From: Minisyncoccota bacterium
GTDB lineage: Bacteria; Patescibacteriota; Minisyncoccia; Moranbacterales; UBA2206
Assembly: GCA_031291955.1 (NCBI GenBank)
Contig: JARLIA010000013.1
Span: 21,512 to 85,511 of the forward strand
DNA: 64,000 bases
Direction: 5' to 3'
In this document: positions 45,895 through 55,696 of the stretch, in pieces
Layout: every line of letters begins with the position of its first letter
Numbering within the stretch: position 1 is the stretch's first letter
Notes under the pieces: model-generated
Told to the model about the DNA's origin: nothing
What the model saw: only the letters and a program-made list of their open reading frames with translations
Database searches by the model: none
Program-made: the position numbers and the translations under genes

Positions 45895-47139
45895 ATGAAG
45901 AATCTCAAAAAACAGGACAGTCAAGTGTATAAGGCGGCGATGGGGGAACTTAAACGTCAGCAAGAAGGAATGGAGTTGATCGCAAGCGAGAACTATGTTT
46001 CTGAAGCGGTGCTGGAAGCGCTTGGATCGGTATTTACCAACAAATATAGTGAAGGTTACCCGGGCCACCGCTATTACGGCGGGCAGAAATATACCGACAC
46101 CGTTGAGCAATTGGCGATCGACCGGGCTAAGAAGCTTTTCGGAGCGGAGCACGTCAATGTCCAGCCGCATTCCGGCGCGCCGGCCAACATCATTGTTTAT
46201 TATGCGCTTCTGAAACCCGGCGACACGGTGGTTGGAATGGATCTGTCGCATGGCGGCCATCTGACGCATGGCCATCCAGTGACACTTCCGGCCAATATAT
46301 ATAATTTCGTCCGCTACAAGACCAAAGCGGACGGTCTCATTGATTACAAAGAGCTTGAGAAAATGGTCAAAACATACCGGCCCAAATTGATCCTGGCCGG
46401 CTTTTCGGCTTATACCCGCCAGTTGGATTATGAAAAATTCCAGGCGATCGGCAAGAAATATAAAGCCGTGACAATGTTTGACATCGCCCATATCGCGGGA
46501 CTCATTGCTGGAAAAGCGTTGCCCAATCCCGTCCCATATTTTGACATCGTAACCACCACCACTCACAAGACGCTTCGCGGGCCGCGCGGCGGGATGATCA
46601 TGTGCAAAGAAAAATATGCCAAATTGATTGACAAGGCCACCTTCCCGGGCTTTCAGGGCGGACCGCACGAAAACAACGTGGCCGCCAAAGCGGTGGCTTT
46701 CGGTGAAGCGCTCCAGCCGTCATTCAAAACTTACGCCAAGCAGATCATCAAGAACGCCAAAGTTTTGGAAATTGAACTGAAAAAACATGGCTTTAAACTG
46801 ATGTTCGGCGGAACGGATAATCACATGGTGTTGGTGGATGTTTTCGGTTCCAAAGGCGTCACTGGAAAAGAAGCGGAAGTGGCGCTCGACAAAGTCGGTA
46901 TCACGCTTAATAAGAATATGATTCCGGATGATCCGCGGGGTCCCATGGATCCGAGTGGAATCCGTGTCGGGGTGCCGGCGGTCACCACTCGCGGCATGAA
47001 GGAAAAAGAAATCAGGATGATCGCCAAATGGATCAATGACACTATCGAAAATCATAAGAACGAAAAAAAACTAAAAGAGATCCACAAGGAAGTCATCGCG
47101 CTTTGCAAGCAGTTTCCGATTTACGAGAATTTAAAATAA
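45895..47139 (+). CDS. glyA: serine hydroxymethyltransferase
   Basis: 414 aa with the canonical SHMT blocks (SENYVS, HGGHLTHG, TTTTHKTLRGPRGG). Confidence 0.95.
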   Translation: MKNLKKQDSQVYKAAMGELKRQQEGMELIASENYVSEAVLEALGSVFTNKYSEGYPGHRYYGGQKYTDTVEQLAIDRAKKLFGAEHVNVQPHSGAPANIIVYYALLKPGDTVVGMDLSHGGHLTHGHPVTLPANIYNFVRYKTKADGLIDYKELEKMVKTYRPKLILAGFSAYTRQLDYEKFQAIGKKYKAVTMFDIAHIAGLIAGKALPNPVPYFDIVTTTTHKTLRGPRGGMIMCKEKYAKLIDKATFPGFQGGPHENNVAAKAVAFGEALQPSFKTYAKQIIKNAKVLEIELKKHGFKLMFGGTDNHMVLVDVFGSKGVTGKEAEVALDKVGITLNKNMIPDDPRGPMDPSGIRVGVPAVTTRGMKEKEIRMIAKWINDTIENHKNEKKLKEIHKEVIALCKQFPIYENLK

Positions 47140-47166
47140 TATTATTTAAGACAGAGGCCACATTTT

Positions 47167-48621
47167 ATGCGTGAAGACATCCAAAAAACCAAACTCGAAA
47201 AACTGGAGAAAATTAAAGCCGTCGGAATGGAGGCGTATCCGGAAAAAACCGAACGCTCGATGACCAACGCCGAAGCGCTGGAAAAATTTTCCGATTTGGC
47301 CGAGAGTCAAAAAGAAATTACTCTGGTCGGGCGGGTGAGATCGTTTCGGCTCATGGGTAACATCGCCTTTTCTCATGTCGAAGACGGAAGCGCCAAGATT
47401 CAAATATTTCTCAACAAAAAAGTCTTAGGCGCGGATTTGTTCAAACTCTACGCTAATTCCGTGGAAACGGGAGATTTTGTCGAAGCCAGGGGAGCTCTTT
47501 TTGAAACCAAGGCTGGCGAAAAATCTTTGGAAGTGCGTGAGTGGAAAATGCTGGCTAAAAACATCCGGCCAATTCCGACGGAACATTTCGGGTTGAAAGA
47601 CGAAGAGATACTGCTCCGGAAGCGTCATCTTGATCTCATGATGAATCCAGAAACGCGCGAACTTTTCCGCAAAAAAAATATTTTTTGGCAAACAACGCGG
47701 AATTTTTTGGCGGCGGACGGTTTTCTGGAAGTTCAGATGCCGGTTCTGGAACACATTCCCGGCGGGGCGGAAGCCGAACCGTTTGTGACGCATTACAATG
47801 CTCTCGATCAGGATTTTTATCTGCGCATTTCTTTGGAGTTGCCTTTGAAGCGTCTTTTGGTCGGCGGCTATGAAAAGGTTTTTGAAATCGGCCGAGTTTT
47901 CCGCAATGAAGGCATGGACCGTGACCATCTTCAGGAATTTGACCATATGGAATTTTACGCCAGCTATTGGGACTTGGCGCGTGGAATGGAATTTACCGAG
48001 CGGATGTATAAAGAAATAGTTTCGAAAGTTTTGGGCGGCTGGGAACATGAATATGAAGGACAGAAAATAAACTGGGAAACGAAGCTTCCGGTGGTGGACT
48101 ATTTCACGGAATTCAAGAAAGAAACGGGGATAGATCTCTCGGCGGACGTGTCCGCCGAAGCGCTTCGCGCGAAGGCGGATGAACTCGGCATCAAGTATGA
48201 AAAAGAATATGGCAAAGGCCGGATGATTGATACGCTCTACAAAAAAACGGTCCGTCAGAAACTCATCCAGCCGTGCTTTTTGGTCGGCCATCCGCTGGAA
48301 GTCTCGCCTTTGGCGAAGCTTGATCCGACAAGTCCCAAAAAAGTTCTGCGCTGCCAAATCGTGGCTGGAAGATCAGAACTCTGTAATGCATTTGCCGAGC
48401 TGAACGATCCGATTGATCAGAAAAACAGATTCTTGGAACAGATGAAAGCCAAAGAAGGCGGCGACGCGGAAGCCATGATGATGGATGAGGATTTCGTGGA
48501 AGCGTTGGAATATGGAATGCCGCCGGCATATGGCTTTGGCATGAGTGAAAGATTTTTCACTTTTCTCATGAATAAATCCATCCGCGAGACGGTCATCTTT
48601 CCGTCGGTGCGGGAGAAATAA
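47167..48621 (+). CDS. lysS: lysine--tRNA ligase (class II)
   Basis: N-terminal OB fold, class II motifs (FEIGRVFRNEG, motif 3 GxGxGxxR-like at the C-terminus). Confidence 0.9.
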   Translation: MREDIQKTKLEKLEKIKAVGMEAYPEKTERSMTNAEALEKFSDLAESQKEITLVGRVRSFRLMGNIAFSHVEDGSAKIQIFLNKKVLGADLFKLYANSVETGDFVEARGALFETKAGEKSLEVREWKMLAKNIRPIPTEHFGLKDEEILLRKRHLDLMMNPETRELFRKKNIFWQTTRNFLAADGFLEVQMPVLEHIPGGAEAEPFVTHYNALDQDFYLRISLELPLKRLLVGGYEKVFEIGRVFRNEGMDRDHLQEFDHMEFYASYWDLARGMEFTERMYKEIVSKVLGGWEHEYEGQKINWETKLPVVDYFTEFKKETGIDLSADVSAEALRAKADELGIKYEKEYGKGRMIDTLYKKTVRQKLIQPCFLVGHPLEVSPLAKLDPTSPKKVLRCQIVAGRSELCNAFAELNDPIDQKNRFLEQMKAKEGGDAEAMMMDEDFVEALEYGMPPAYGFGMSERFFTFLMNKSIRETVIFPSVREK

Positions 48622-48638
48622 TTAATAATCTTACATTT

Positions 48639-49058
48639 ATGAACGAAAGTAAGCACGAAGGAGTCAGTATTTTATTTGTTAGCGATAATGAGGAGGTGTT
48701 GCTTTTTTTGAGGGATAATATTCCAAGTATACCGTTTCCGGGTTGTTGGGATGTTCCAGGTGGACATGTTGAAGAAGGTGAAACTCCGGAGGATTGCATC
48801 GTTCGCGAAATGGAAGAAGAAATAGAGATTAATATTGGAAAACCTGCCTTGTTCAAAAAAACAGATTTGAATGACAGAACCGAATACACTTTTTGGAAGA
48901 AAGCTGATTTTAATATCGACGATATAAATTTGCATGAAGGCCAGGGCATGAAATGGTTTTCAGAAGAAGACGCAAAAAATCTTCCAGAAGACAAGATATA
49001 CCTTGGATTTAAACCGATAATTCTGGAATTTTTCAAGGAAAAACCTTTCAATAAATAA
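48639..49058 (+). CDS. NUDIX hydrolase
   Basis: Nudix box GGHVEEGETPEDCIVREMEEEIEI. Confidence 0.8.
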   Translation: MNESKHEGVSILFVSDNEEVLLFLRDNIPSIPFPGCWDVPGGHVEEGETPEDCIVREMEEEIEINIGKPALFKKTDLNDRTEYTFWKKADFNIDDINLHEGQGMKWFSEEDAKNLPEDKIYLGFKPIILEFFKEKPFNK

Positions 49059-49065
49059 ACTATAT

Positions 49066-49653
49066 ATGGAAAATTTAGGCCTAAATAAACAACAAGCCGA
49101 CGCGCTGGTGGAAAAATATATTACCAATCCGATCACGAAACTGCACTCAATCGAATCGGAGGAAATCATGAAAGCGTTGGCCAGGAAATTCGGGGAGGAC
49201 GAAGAGGCGTGGGGCATCATCGGTCTCCTTCATGACATTGATTGGGACTTGGTGAAAGATGATACGATGCAACATTGCGTGAAGGCCGTGTCTATTTTGA
49301 AAGAGGCTGGCGCCAAGGATTTTTTGATTGAAATGATCCAGTCCCATGGCTATGGCATGGAGTTGATTCCGGCGCTAAAAGACAAAGTGAGAATCACCAG
49401 GCTCGAGCATTCTTTGGTGGCGGCTGAAACTCTCACTGGTCTCATTTTCGCCTCGGCTCTTATGCAACCGGACAAAAAACTTTCAAGCGTCAATCCAGCG
49501 TCTCTTAAGAAAAAATTCAAAAATAAAAAATTTGCAGAGCGTTGTAATCGTGGACTTATTTTGGAATGTGAAAAAGCCGGCGTGCCGCTCGACGAATTTT
49601 TGCAGCTTGGATTGGAAGCGCTGCAAAGAATAAGCGATAAGTTGGGATTATAA
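49066..49653 (+). CDS. HD-domain phosphohydrolase (YqeK-like)
   Basis: H..E...(A)...ALA..FG.DEE.W...GLLHDID matches the HD motif arrangement of YqeK-type Ap4A hydrolases. Confidence 0.55.
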   Translation: MENLGLNKQQADALVEKYITNPITKLHSIESEEIMKALARKFGEDEEAWGIIGLLHDIDWDLVKDDTMQHCVKAVSILKEAGAKDFLIEMIQSHGYGMELIPALKDKVRITRLEHSLVAAETLTGLIFASALMQPDKKLSSVNPASLKKKFKNKKFAERCNRGLILECEKAGVPLDEFLQLGLEALQRISDKLGL

Positions 49654-49658
49654 TAAAA

Positions 49659-50168
49659 ATGAACAAAAAGCCAAACAATTTCGCGTTTATTGATAGTCAG
49701 AATCTTAACTTGGCGATTTTAGACCAGGGCTGGAAGTTGGATTTTAAAAGATTCAGAAAATACTTGCATGATAAGTATGGCGTTGTTAAAGCGTTTCTGT
49801 TTGTCGGATTTATTCCAAAAAATCAGGAGTTGTACACTATGCTTCAGAAATTTGGGTACATACTTATTTTTAAGCCGACACTAGAGCTTAAGGACGGAAA
49901 GGTGAAAGGGAATTGTGATGCGGAATTGGTTTTGTACGCGATGATAGAATACGATAACTATGATAAAGCTATTATAGTTACAGGAGATGGGGATTTTTAC
50001 TGTCTGGTTGACTATCTGTTCAAGAAGGGAAAATTAGAGCGCCTGCTTGTTCCAAATGTCAAAAAATACTCATCGCTATTGAAACCATTTGCGCCGAATA
50101 AAATTGATTTCATGAATAATTTAAGACACAAATTGGAGTATAAAAAGCCCCAAAGCGGGGCAAAATAA
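49659..50168 (+). CDS. NYN-domain (LabA-like PIN-fold) protein
   Basis: FIDSQNL...FVGF...GNCDAEL...IVTGDGDF matches the NYN/PF01936 acidic-residue pattern. Confidence 0.6.
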   Translation: MNKKPNNFAFIDSQNLNLAILDQGWKLDFKRFRKYLHDKYGVVKAFLFVGFIPKNQELYTMLQKFGYILIFKPTLELKDGKVKGNCDAELVLYAMIEYDNYDKAIIVTGDGDFYCLVDYLFKKGKLERLLVPNVKKYSSLLKPFAPNKIDFMNNLRHKLEYKKPQSGAK

Positions 50169-50415
50169 AAAGGGGCAATTGCATAAGGACAAAACCTCAT
50201 GAACCTCCCCTCATCGTGATTCTGCTTTGAGTATAGCAGAATGACACAGCAATGTCAAACACCGTACTCATTTCTAATACTTTTAACAAGAGGAGATATT
50301 TCAATGAAAAAACCCACTTGCCAAACCGGCCTCAAGAAAAACGTGATTTCCAAAACCGTCTTTGAGCGGGAAATAAAATTGTGCCAGAAGCTGAATAGCG
50401 AATTAAAAAAATATT

Positions 50416-51144
50416 ATGTCAACTCCTCTCATCATTGTCCAAAACTTGTGCAAGACTTATGACTCCGAAGGCGTGAAGACGACCGTGCTTTGCGGCGCGG
50501 ATTTTACTGTGGCGAAAGGCGAGTTCATTTCGATCATGGGCCCAAGCGGGAGCGGGAAATCGACGCTTATGCAGATTTTGGGACTGCTTGATCGGCCGAG
50601 CGATGGAAAATATCTTTTTGAAGGCGAGGATACGACCAACTTCGGAGACGACAAGCTGGCCAATTTCCGGAACAGAAAAATCGGTTTCGTTTTTCAGTCA
50701 TTCAATCTCTTGCCGCGAACGACAGTTTATGAAAATGTCGAATTGCCTTTGCTCTATGACAGCAAGTCTGGCCGGGATAATAAAAATAAAGTTTTGGCGG
50801 CGCTTTCTTCGGTCGAGATGAGTCATCGCGAAAAATATTTTTCCAACCAATTGTCCGGCGGCGAGAAACAAAGAGTGGCCATTGCCCGTGCACTTGTCAA
50901 TAATCCGGACGTCATTTTCGCCGACGAGCCGACCGGCAACCTTGATTCAAAATCAGGTTTGCAAGTCATGAAAATTCTCCAACATTTGAACAATGAAGGC
51001 CACACCGTCATTCTCGTCACGCATGAAACCTACACCGCCGAACACGCCAAGCGAATCCTTCAAATGAAAGACGGTCACATCGTTGGCGATGAACCGGTCA
51101 AAAATCGAAGAATCGCAGGGGATGGGGAGAAGTTCCTGAAGTAA
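50416..51144 (+). CDS. ABC transporter ATP-binding protein (MacB/LolD-type)
   Basis: Walker [10 protein letters not shown], signature LSGGEKQR, Walker [12 protein letters not shown]. Confidence 0.9.
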   Translation: MSTPLIIVQNLCKTYDSEGVKTTVLCGADFTVAKGEFISIMGPSGSGKSTLMQILGLLDRPSDGKYLFEGEDTTNFGDDKLANFRNRKIGFVFQSFNLLPRTTVYENVELPLLYDSKSGRDNKNKVLAALSSVEMSHREKYFSNQLSGGEKQRVAIARALVNNPDVIFADEPTGNLDSKSGLQVMKILQHLNNEGHTVILVTHETYTAEHAKRILQMKDGHIVGDEPVKNRRIAGDGEKFLK

Positions 51145-51167
51145 ATTTTAAAGGCTAAATTTTCAGC

Positions 51168-52415
51168 ATGAAACTCACCGCCCCTCTCAAAATTTCCTAT
51201 CGAAATCTCATGGCGGCCAAGTTCCGCTCTTTTTTGACAGTGCTTGGAATAATCATTGGGGTGGCGGCGGTGATCATTATTATGGCCATCGGACAGTCGG
51301 CCCAGGCGCTTATTCTTGATCAAGTTTCGGGCGTCGGCTCGAATCTGATAGGCGTGCTTCCGGGCGCGTCGTCCAGCAACGGGCCCCCGGCCGCCGCCAT
51401 GGGTATCGTCATTACGACCCTGACTTACGATGATTTTTTGGCGCTGACCGACGGCCGGAATGTGTCGGAAGTGTCGGTTGGGGCGGGCTATGTCATGGGC
51501 ACCCAGACGGCCAGCTGGAACGGAACGGACCTCACCTCTTCTTTTGTCGGAACGACCGCTAACTACCCGGAAGTGGAAGATACTTCGGTCGCTTCCGGTC
51601 GCTTTTTCACGCATGATGAAGAAACGAATATGGGCCGGGTGGCGGTGGTCGGATCTAATCTGGTTCAGGATCTTTTCGGCGGCGCGAGTCCGCTCGGGAA
51701 AACCATAAAAATCAAGGACCAGAATTTTACCGTCATCGGCGTGCTGGCTAAGCGCGGTTCGTCCGGCTTTGGCGTTTCCAGTCAGGACGACTCGATTTAT
51801 ATTCCGGTGATAACCGCCCAAAAATTGATCTTGGGCACTAACTATCTCGGCTTTATCCGTTTGAAAGCCAAAGACCCGAGCGTTATTCCCGAGGCAATGG
51901 CCGATATCACGACCACTCTGCGCGAGCGCCATCACATCAATGATCCGTCCAACGACGATTTTTCCGTTCGCGACCAAGCTTCGGCGATGACTACCATAAA
52001 GCAGGTGACCGATGTGCTGCGTTATTTTCTTTTAGCCATCGGCACCATCTCGCTGATTGTCGGCGGAGTGGGCATTATGAACATTATGCTGATCGCCGTG
52101 ACGCAACGGATCCGCGAAGTGGGACTCCGAAAAGCGGTTGGCGCCAAAAACTCCGACGTCCAAACGCAGTTTTTGATCGAGTCGGTTTTCATTTCGCTTC
52201 TTGGTGGCATAATCGGTATCGTGATCGGAGTTGTGGTTTCATTTCTGGTGTCCGTGGTCGCTCAAGCGCTTAGTTACTCCTGGCCGTTTCTCGTTTCTTG
52301 GCAGTCAATCGTTGTGGCAACATTAGTGTCGATGGCCATTGGAATTGTTTTCGGACTATATCCTGCCCGCAAAGCTTCGCGCATTTCTCCAATGGAAGCG
52401 CTAAGATACGAATAA
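51168..52415 (+). CDS. ABC transporter permease, MacB/FtsX-type with periplasmic domain
   Basis: N-terminal TM, large periplasmic domain, C-terminal FtsX-like 3-TM module. Confidence 0.8.
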   Translation: MKLTAPLKISYRNLMAAKFRSFLTVLGIIIGVAAVIIIMAIGQSAQALILDQVSGVGSNLIGVLPGASSSNGPPAAAMGIVITTLTYDDFLALTDGRNVSEVSVGAGYVMGTQTASWNGTDLTSSFVGTTANYPEVEDTSVASGRFFTHDEETNMGRVAVVGSNLVQDLFGGASPLGKTIKIKDQNFTVIGVLAKRGSSGFGVSSQDDSIYIPVITAQKLILGTNYLGFIRLKAKDPSVIPEAMADITTTLRERHHINDPSNDDFSVRDQASAMTTIKQVTDVLRYFLLAIGTISLIVGGVGIMNIMLIAVTQRIREVGLRKAVGAKNSDVQTQFLIESVFISLLGGIIGIVIGVVVSFLVSVVAQALSYSWPFLVSWQSIVVATLVSMAIGIVFGLYPARKASRISPMEALRYE

Positions 52416-52441
52416 TCATTTTAACGTGCTAATATGCTAAA

Positions 52442-53698
52442 ATGCTCCACGAACTAATCATCCCAATTAAATTAGCAGCCAGAAGCATCCGTTCCAACCT
52501 CGGTCGGACGGCGGTTTCCCTTCTTGGCATTGTCATCGGCGTGGCGTCGGTGATTTTAGTGCTGGCTTTTGGCAGCGGGGTGAAAGGATATATTGTCAGT
52601 CAGGTGTCTTCTTTCGGGACGGATATCATGGAAATCGAAGTTAAAGTTCCCAAAGTTAACAAAATGTCGGCGGCTAACGCGGCCGGACAAGTTGGCGGCA
52701 CCCAAATCACTACTTTCAAGTTGAAAGACGCCGAAGCGGTCGGAAAACTTCCGAATGTTAGCGCTTGGTATGCCATGATTATCAGCCAGCAGATCGTGAG
52801 CTACCAGAACAAGAATAAACAGACGATGCTTCTGGGGGTGACGCCCGGAGTGACGGACGTCGACCAGCAAACGATCGTGGCTGACGGAACTATGTTTTCC
52901 GAGTCCGACGATTCCGGTCTTCAGCAGGTGGCTGTTCTCGGGTCGGAAGTCAAGACTGATTTCTTTGGTGATCAGGAGGCGGTCGGACAGAATATAAAAG
53001 TTAAAGGTCAGACCTATCGCGTGATCGGAGTTTTGGCGCCACGCGGCGGAGCTGGCATGTTTAATTTCGACAATACCGTCTATTTGCCGCTCCAGACGAT
53101 GCAGAAAAAATTGTCCGGTATGGACTATATCCAATCAGCTATCTTTAAGTTGAAGGATATGGAGCTGCTTGACCTCACGCTTCTGCAGGCGACCGACATC
53201 ATGCGCGGCCAGCACCATATCAACAATCCGGACGACGACGATTTCGCCGTCAATTCCATACAAGAAGTTCTGGATATTCTCAATAATGTTTTTCTCTACG
53301 TCAATATTCTTTTGGTGGCGCTCACGTCCATTTCGCTCATCGTCGGCGGAGTGGGGATTATGAACGTGATGTATGTTACCGTCACCGAGCGGACGTTCGA
53401 GATCGGTCTCAAAAAAGCCATCGGTGCTAAAAACGGCAATATACTGGCCCAGTTTCTTTTTGAAGCCGTTTTCATTACGCTCCTTGGCGGGATCATCGGT
53501 CTTGTGATCGGTTTTGTCATCGCCCAGGTCGGACAAATTGCCGTCGCCCGTTTCGGTTTCGCGCTGACTTTTCCGGTTACTTGGTCGGCCGCCGCTATCG
53601 GCATCGGATTTTCGGCCGCCGCGGGAATTGTTTTTGGATATTTTCCCGCCCGCCAGGCTTCACGCCTGACACCGATTGAGGCCTTGCGGAAGGAATGA
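52442..53698 (+). CDS. ABC transporter permease, MacB/FtsX-type (second paralog)
   Basis: Same architecture as 51168..52415; preceded by a tandem TGCTAATATGCTAAAATG -10-like element. Confidence 0.8.
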   Translation: MLHELIIPIKLAARSIRSNLGRTAVSLLGIVIGVASVILVLAFGSGVKGYIVSQVSSFGTDIMEIEVKVPKVNKMSAANAAGQVGGTQITTFKLKDAEAVGKLPNVSAWYAMIISQQIVSYQNKNKQTMLLGVTPGVTDVDQQTIVADGTMFSESDDSGLQQVAVLGSEVKTDFFGDQEAVGQNIKVKGQTYRVIGVLAPRGGAGMFNFDNTVYLPLQTMQKKLSGMDYIQSAIFKLKDMELLDLTLLQATDIMRGQHHINNPDDDDFAVNSIQEVLDILNNVFLYVNILLVALTSISLIVGGVGIMNVMYVTVTERTFEIGLKKAIGAKNGNILAQFLFEAVFITLLGGIIGLVIGFVIAQVGQIAVARFGFALTFPVTWSAAAIGIGFSAAAGIVFGYFPARQASRLTPIEALRKE

Positions 53699-53699
53699 T

Positions 53700-53733
53700 G
53701 TACGTAATCTATTACGTAATTAATTACGTACCC
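53700..53733. promoter_or_regulatory. three copies of the palindrome (T)TACGTAA(T) at 12-bp spacing
   Basis: gTACGTAATctaTTACGTAATtaaTTACGTAcc begins 2 bp after the permease stop codon and lies 125 bp upstream of ATG 53858. Confidence 0.4.
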
Positions 53734-53857
53734 AATAAATAACTTGCTTTTTGGTTTGGCTTTGGTTAGAGTAGGGAAAAGCAAATGGTCGGACGGCCTT
53801 TGTTAGAGGAGGGCTGTTCTTTTGAATTGAATATTTCAGCAAACAGGAGGACGTGAC

Positions 53858-54964
53858 ATGACAACTTACCAATCAGCAGGAGTAGATATCGACGCCGGAG
53901 ATCAGTTTGCAAGGATGATCAAGGAAAGGGTTAAAGCTGCTTGGCCGGAATGCGGAGAGGAGATAGGCGGTTTTGCTGGCGGAGGACCCATTCCCCAGGG
54001 AGCCAAGGAGGTCAAAGCTTCGATGGACGGCACTGGTACCGTGGCCTTGATCGCGGCCTTGTCAGAAACCTATCATAGCATCGGGTTCAATCTTGTGGGG
54101 ATGTGCGCCGTAGATACTTACGTGGATGGTGGACGACCTTTGTATTTTATGGATACTTTGGGAGTCGCCCAGCTCATTCCCGATTTGCACATTCAGATAA
54201 TCGATAGCATCATCGAAGCCTGCAAGAAAGCCGGATGCAAGCTGATTGGCGGAGAAACAGCGGAGTTGCCGGATATGTACAAGGCCGACTGGGTTTTTAA
54301 TCTCGATGGAGCCGTCATTGGCTTTCCTGATCCGGATCTATGTTACGCGCCTGTCCGGCCTGGCCAGAAAGTATATGGGTGGCTGTCATATGGACCAGGG
54401 TCAAATGGATTCTCATTGCTGAGAAAGGTTCATAATCTTAAAGCCGAGGAAGGCTTCTGGTATCATATTCGGAAAGCTTTCGGCTTGACTGACATGAGCT
54501 TGGATAAAGTCATTGAGAATTTAAGTATCCCTCGGTGGGAACTTAATGGCAGAGCGTTGTCTGAGGATCTCCTTGTGCCAACTCCCATCTGGATACCGGA
54601 AATCGAAGCCCAGCGTAAACGCGGTGTCGTGTTCGCCGGACATGCTCACATTACCGGCGGAGGAATGCCTGGAAATATTCCTCGTATTCTGCCGAATGAT
54701 TGCAAAGTGGTTATCGACCGAGGCACCTGGACGCGCCCGGCCATTTTCCGATACACACAGGATATCGGCGATATCAATTTTTACGAAATGGACAAAACAT
54801 TCAACCAGGGAATCATGGTTGTATCCATTGTTGATCCCAGCGGCCCCCTTCCGGACGATTCAAATATCGTTGAAATCGGGACGGTGGAAAAAAGATTGGT
54901 AATCCCGCCGGGACTGCGGGAAATCAATCAGGTTCAGTTCATCGGCAAGCACCGGGAAGAATAA
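53858..54964 (+). CDS. purM: phosphoribosylformylglycinamidine cyclo-ligase (PurM)-like AIR-synthase-related protein
   Basis: AGGAGG RBS; SAGVDIDAGD N-terminus and GGETAELPDMY block match PurM. Confidence 0.55.
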   Translation: MTTYQSAGVDIDAGDQFARMIKERVKAAWPECGEEIGGFAGGGPIPQGAKEVKASMDGTGTVALIAALSETYHSIGFNLVGMCAVDTYVDGGRPLYFMDTLGVAQLIPDLHIQIIDSIIEACKKAGCKLIGGETAELPDMYKADWVFNLDGAVIGFPDPDLCYAPVRPGQKVYGWLSYGPGSNGFSLLRKVHNLKAEEGFWYHIRKAFGLTDMSLDKVIENLSIPRWELNGRALSEDLLVPTPIWIPEIEAQRKRGVVFAGHAHITGGGMPGNIPRILPNDCKVVIDRGTWTRPAIFRYTQDIGDINFYEMDKTFNQGIMVVSIVDPSGPLPDDSNIVEIGTVEKRLVIPPGLREINQVQFIGKHREE

Positions 54965-54977
54965 AAGGAGAGGTGAA

Positions 54978-55526
54978 ATGCAAGTAGATGATAAGAAAGA
55001 CGTTATTCTGCCTGGGACTGTCGTGCTTCAGTATGTGAATGATGATGAGACTTGGGCAGCTATTGTCGTCGGAGATCACATGAAGTGCCGGCTGGATAAT
55101 GCGCAACAAGAAAAATTTGAAAACCGTCCAGATGAGTACCATATCTGCCTTATTTTGGGGATTTTCCTGGGGTATAATAAAACTTGGTCAATCTTTAGCA
55201 GAGAGGATGATCTGGATTATCTCTTCCCGAATTATCGGCTTGAAAGAAGAGGAAAGGCCACCCCGATTGATCTGGCTGAAGAAATACAGCTATTTAAAAT
55301 CCATCAGGCTAAAAGTTGCTTCCGGGGATTACAGGCCTTTGTCAATCTTCGTAACGCAGTGTTCGGTTTTTCCGCAAAACGAGCGGAAGTGCTTAATTTG
55401 GTGGGGCTTTGCCAACATTTTTCTGCTGGCGGCACGTATGAAAATAGGCCAGGATGGATCAATCTTTATGAGGAAGATGCGAGAAAATTCCTGACCGAAT
55501 TACAGAAGGCAATTCCGAAAGAGTGA
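54978..55526 (+). CDS. hypothetical protein
   Basis: 182 aa soluble; no recognised motif. Confidence 0.3.
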   Translation: MQVDDKKDVILPGTVVLQYVNDDETWAAIVVGDHMKCRLDNAQQEKFENRPDEYHICLILGIFLGYNKTWSIFSREDDLDYLFPNYRLERRGKATPIDLAEEIQLFKIHQAKSCFRGLQAFVNLRNAVFGFSAKRAEVLNLVGLCQHFSAGGTYENRPGWINLYEEDARKFLTELQKAIPKE

Positions 55527-55594
55527 TTATTTTTCTGGTTTTCTTTTGGGAAAGGGTTCGATTGCAAGCAGTCGAATCCTTTTTTATTACGCCA

Positions 55595-55634
55595 CATCTC
55601 GAAAATCCCGCAAGATTGCGTGATTTTCGAGATG
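55595..55634. promoter_or_regulatory. 12-bp perfect inverted repeat CATCTCGAAAAT / ATTTTCGAGATG with a 16-nt loop
   Basis: Intergenic, 60 bp upstream of ATG 55697; not followed by a T-run on the + strand. Confidence 0.3.
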
Positions 55635-55696
55635 TGCTACTCTTTTATAAACGACAATTGTCAGCAAACTTTTTAAAATTAATCAATCTAACTTCT

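Noticed and set aside
50241-50462. 73-aa + strand ORF upstream of and overlapping the ABC ATPase start
   Set aside because: No recognisable motifs, overlaps the true ABC start ([11 protein letters not shown] at 50416), and sits in the promoter/leader region. Likely spurious.
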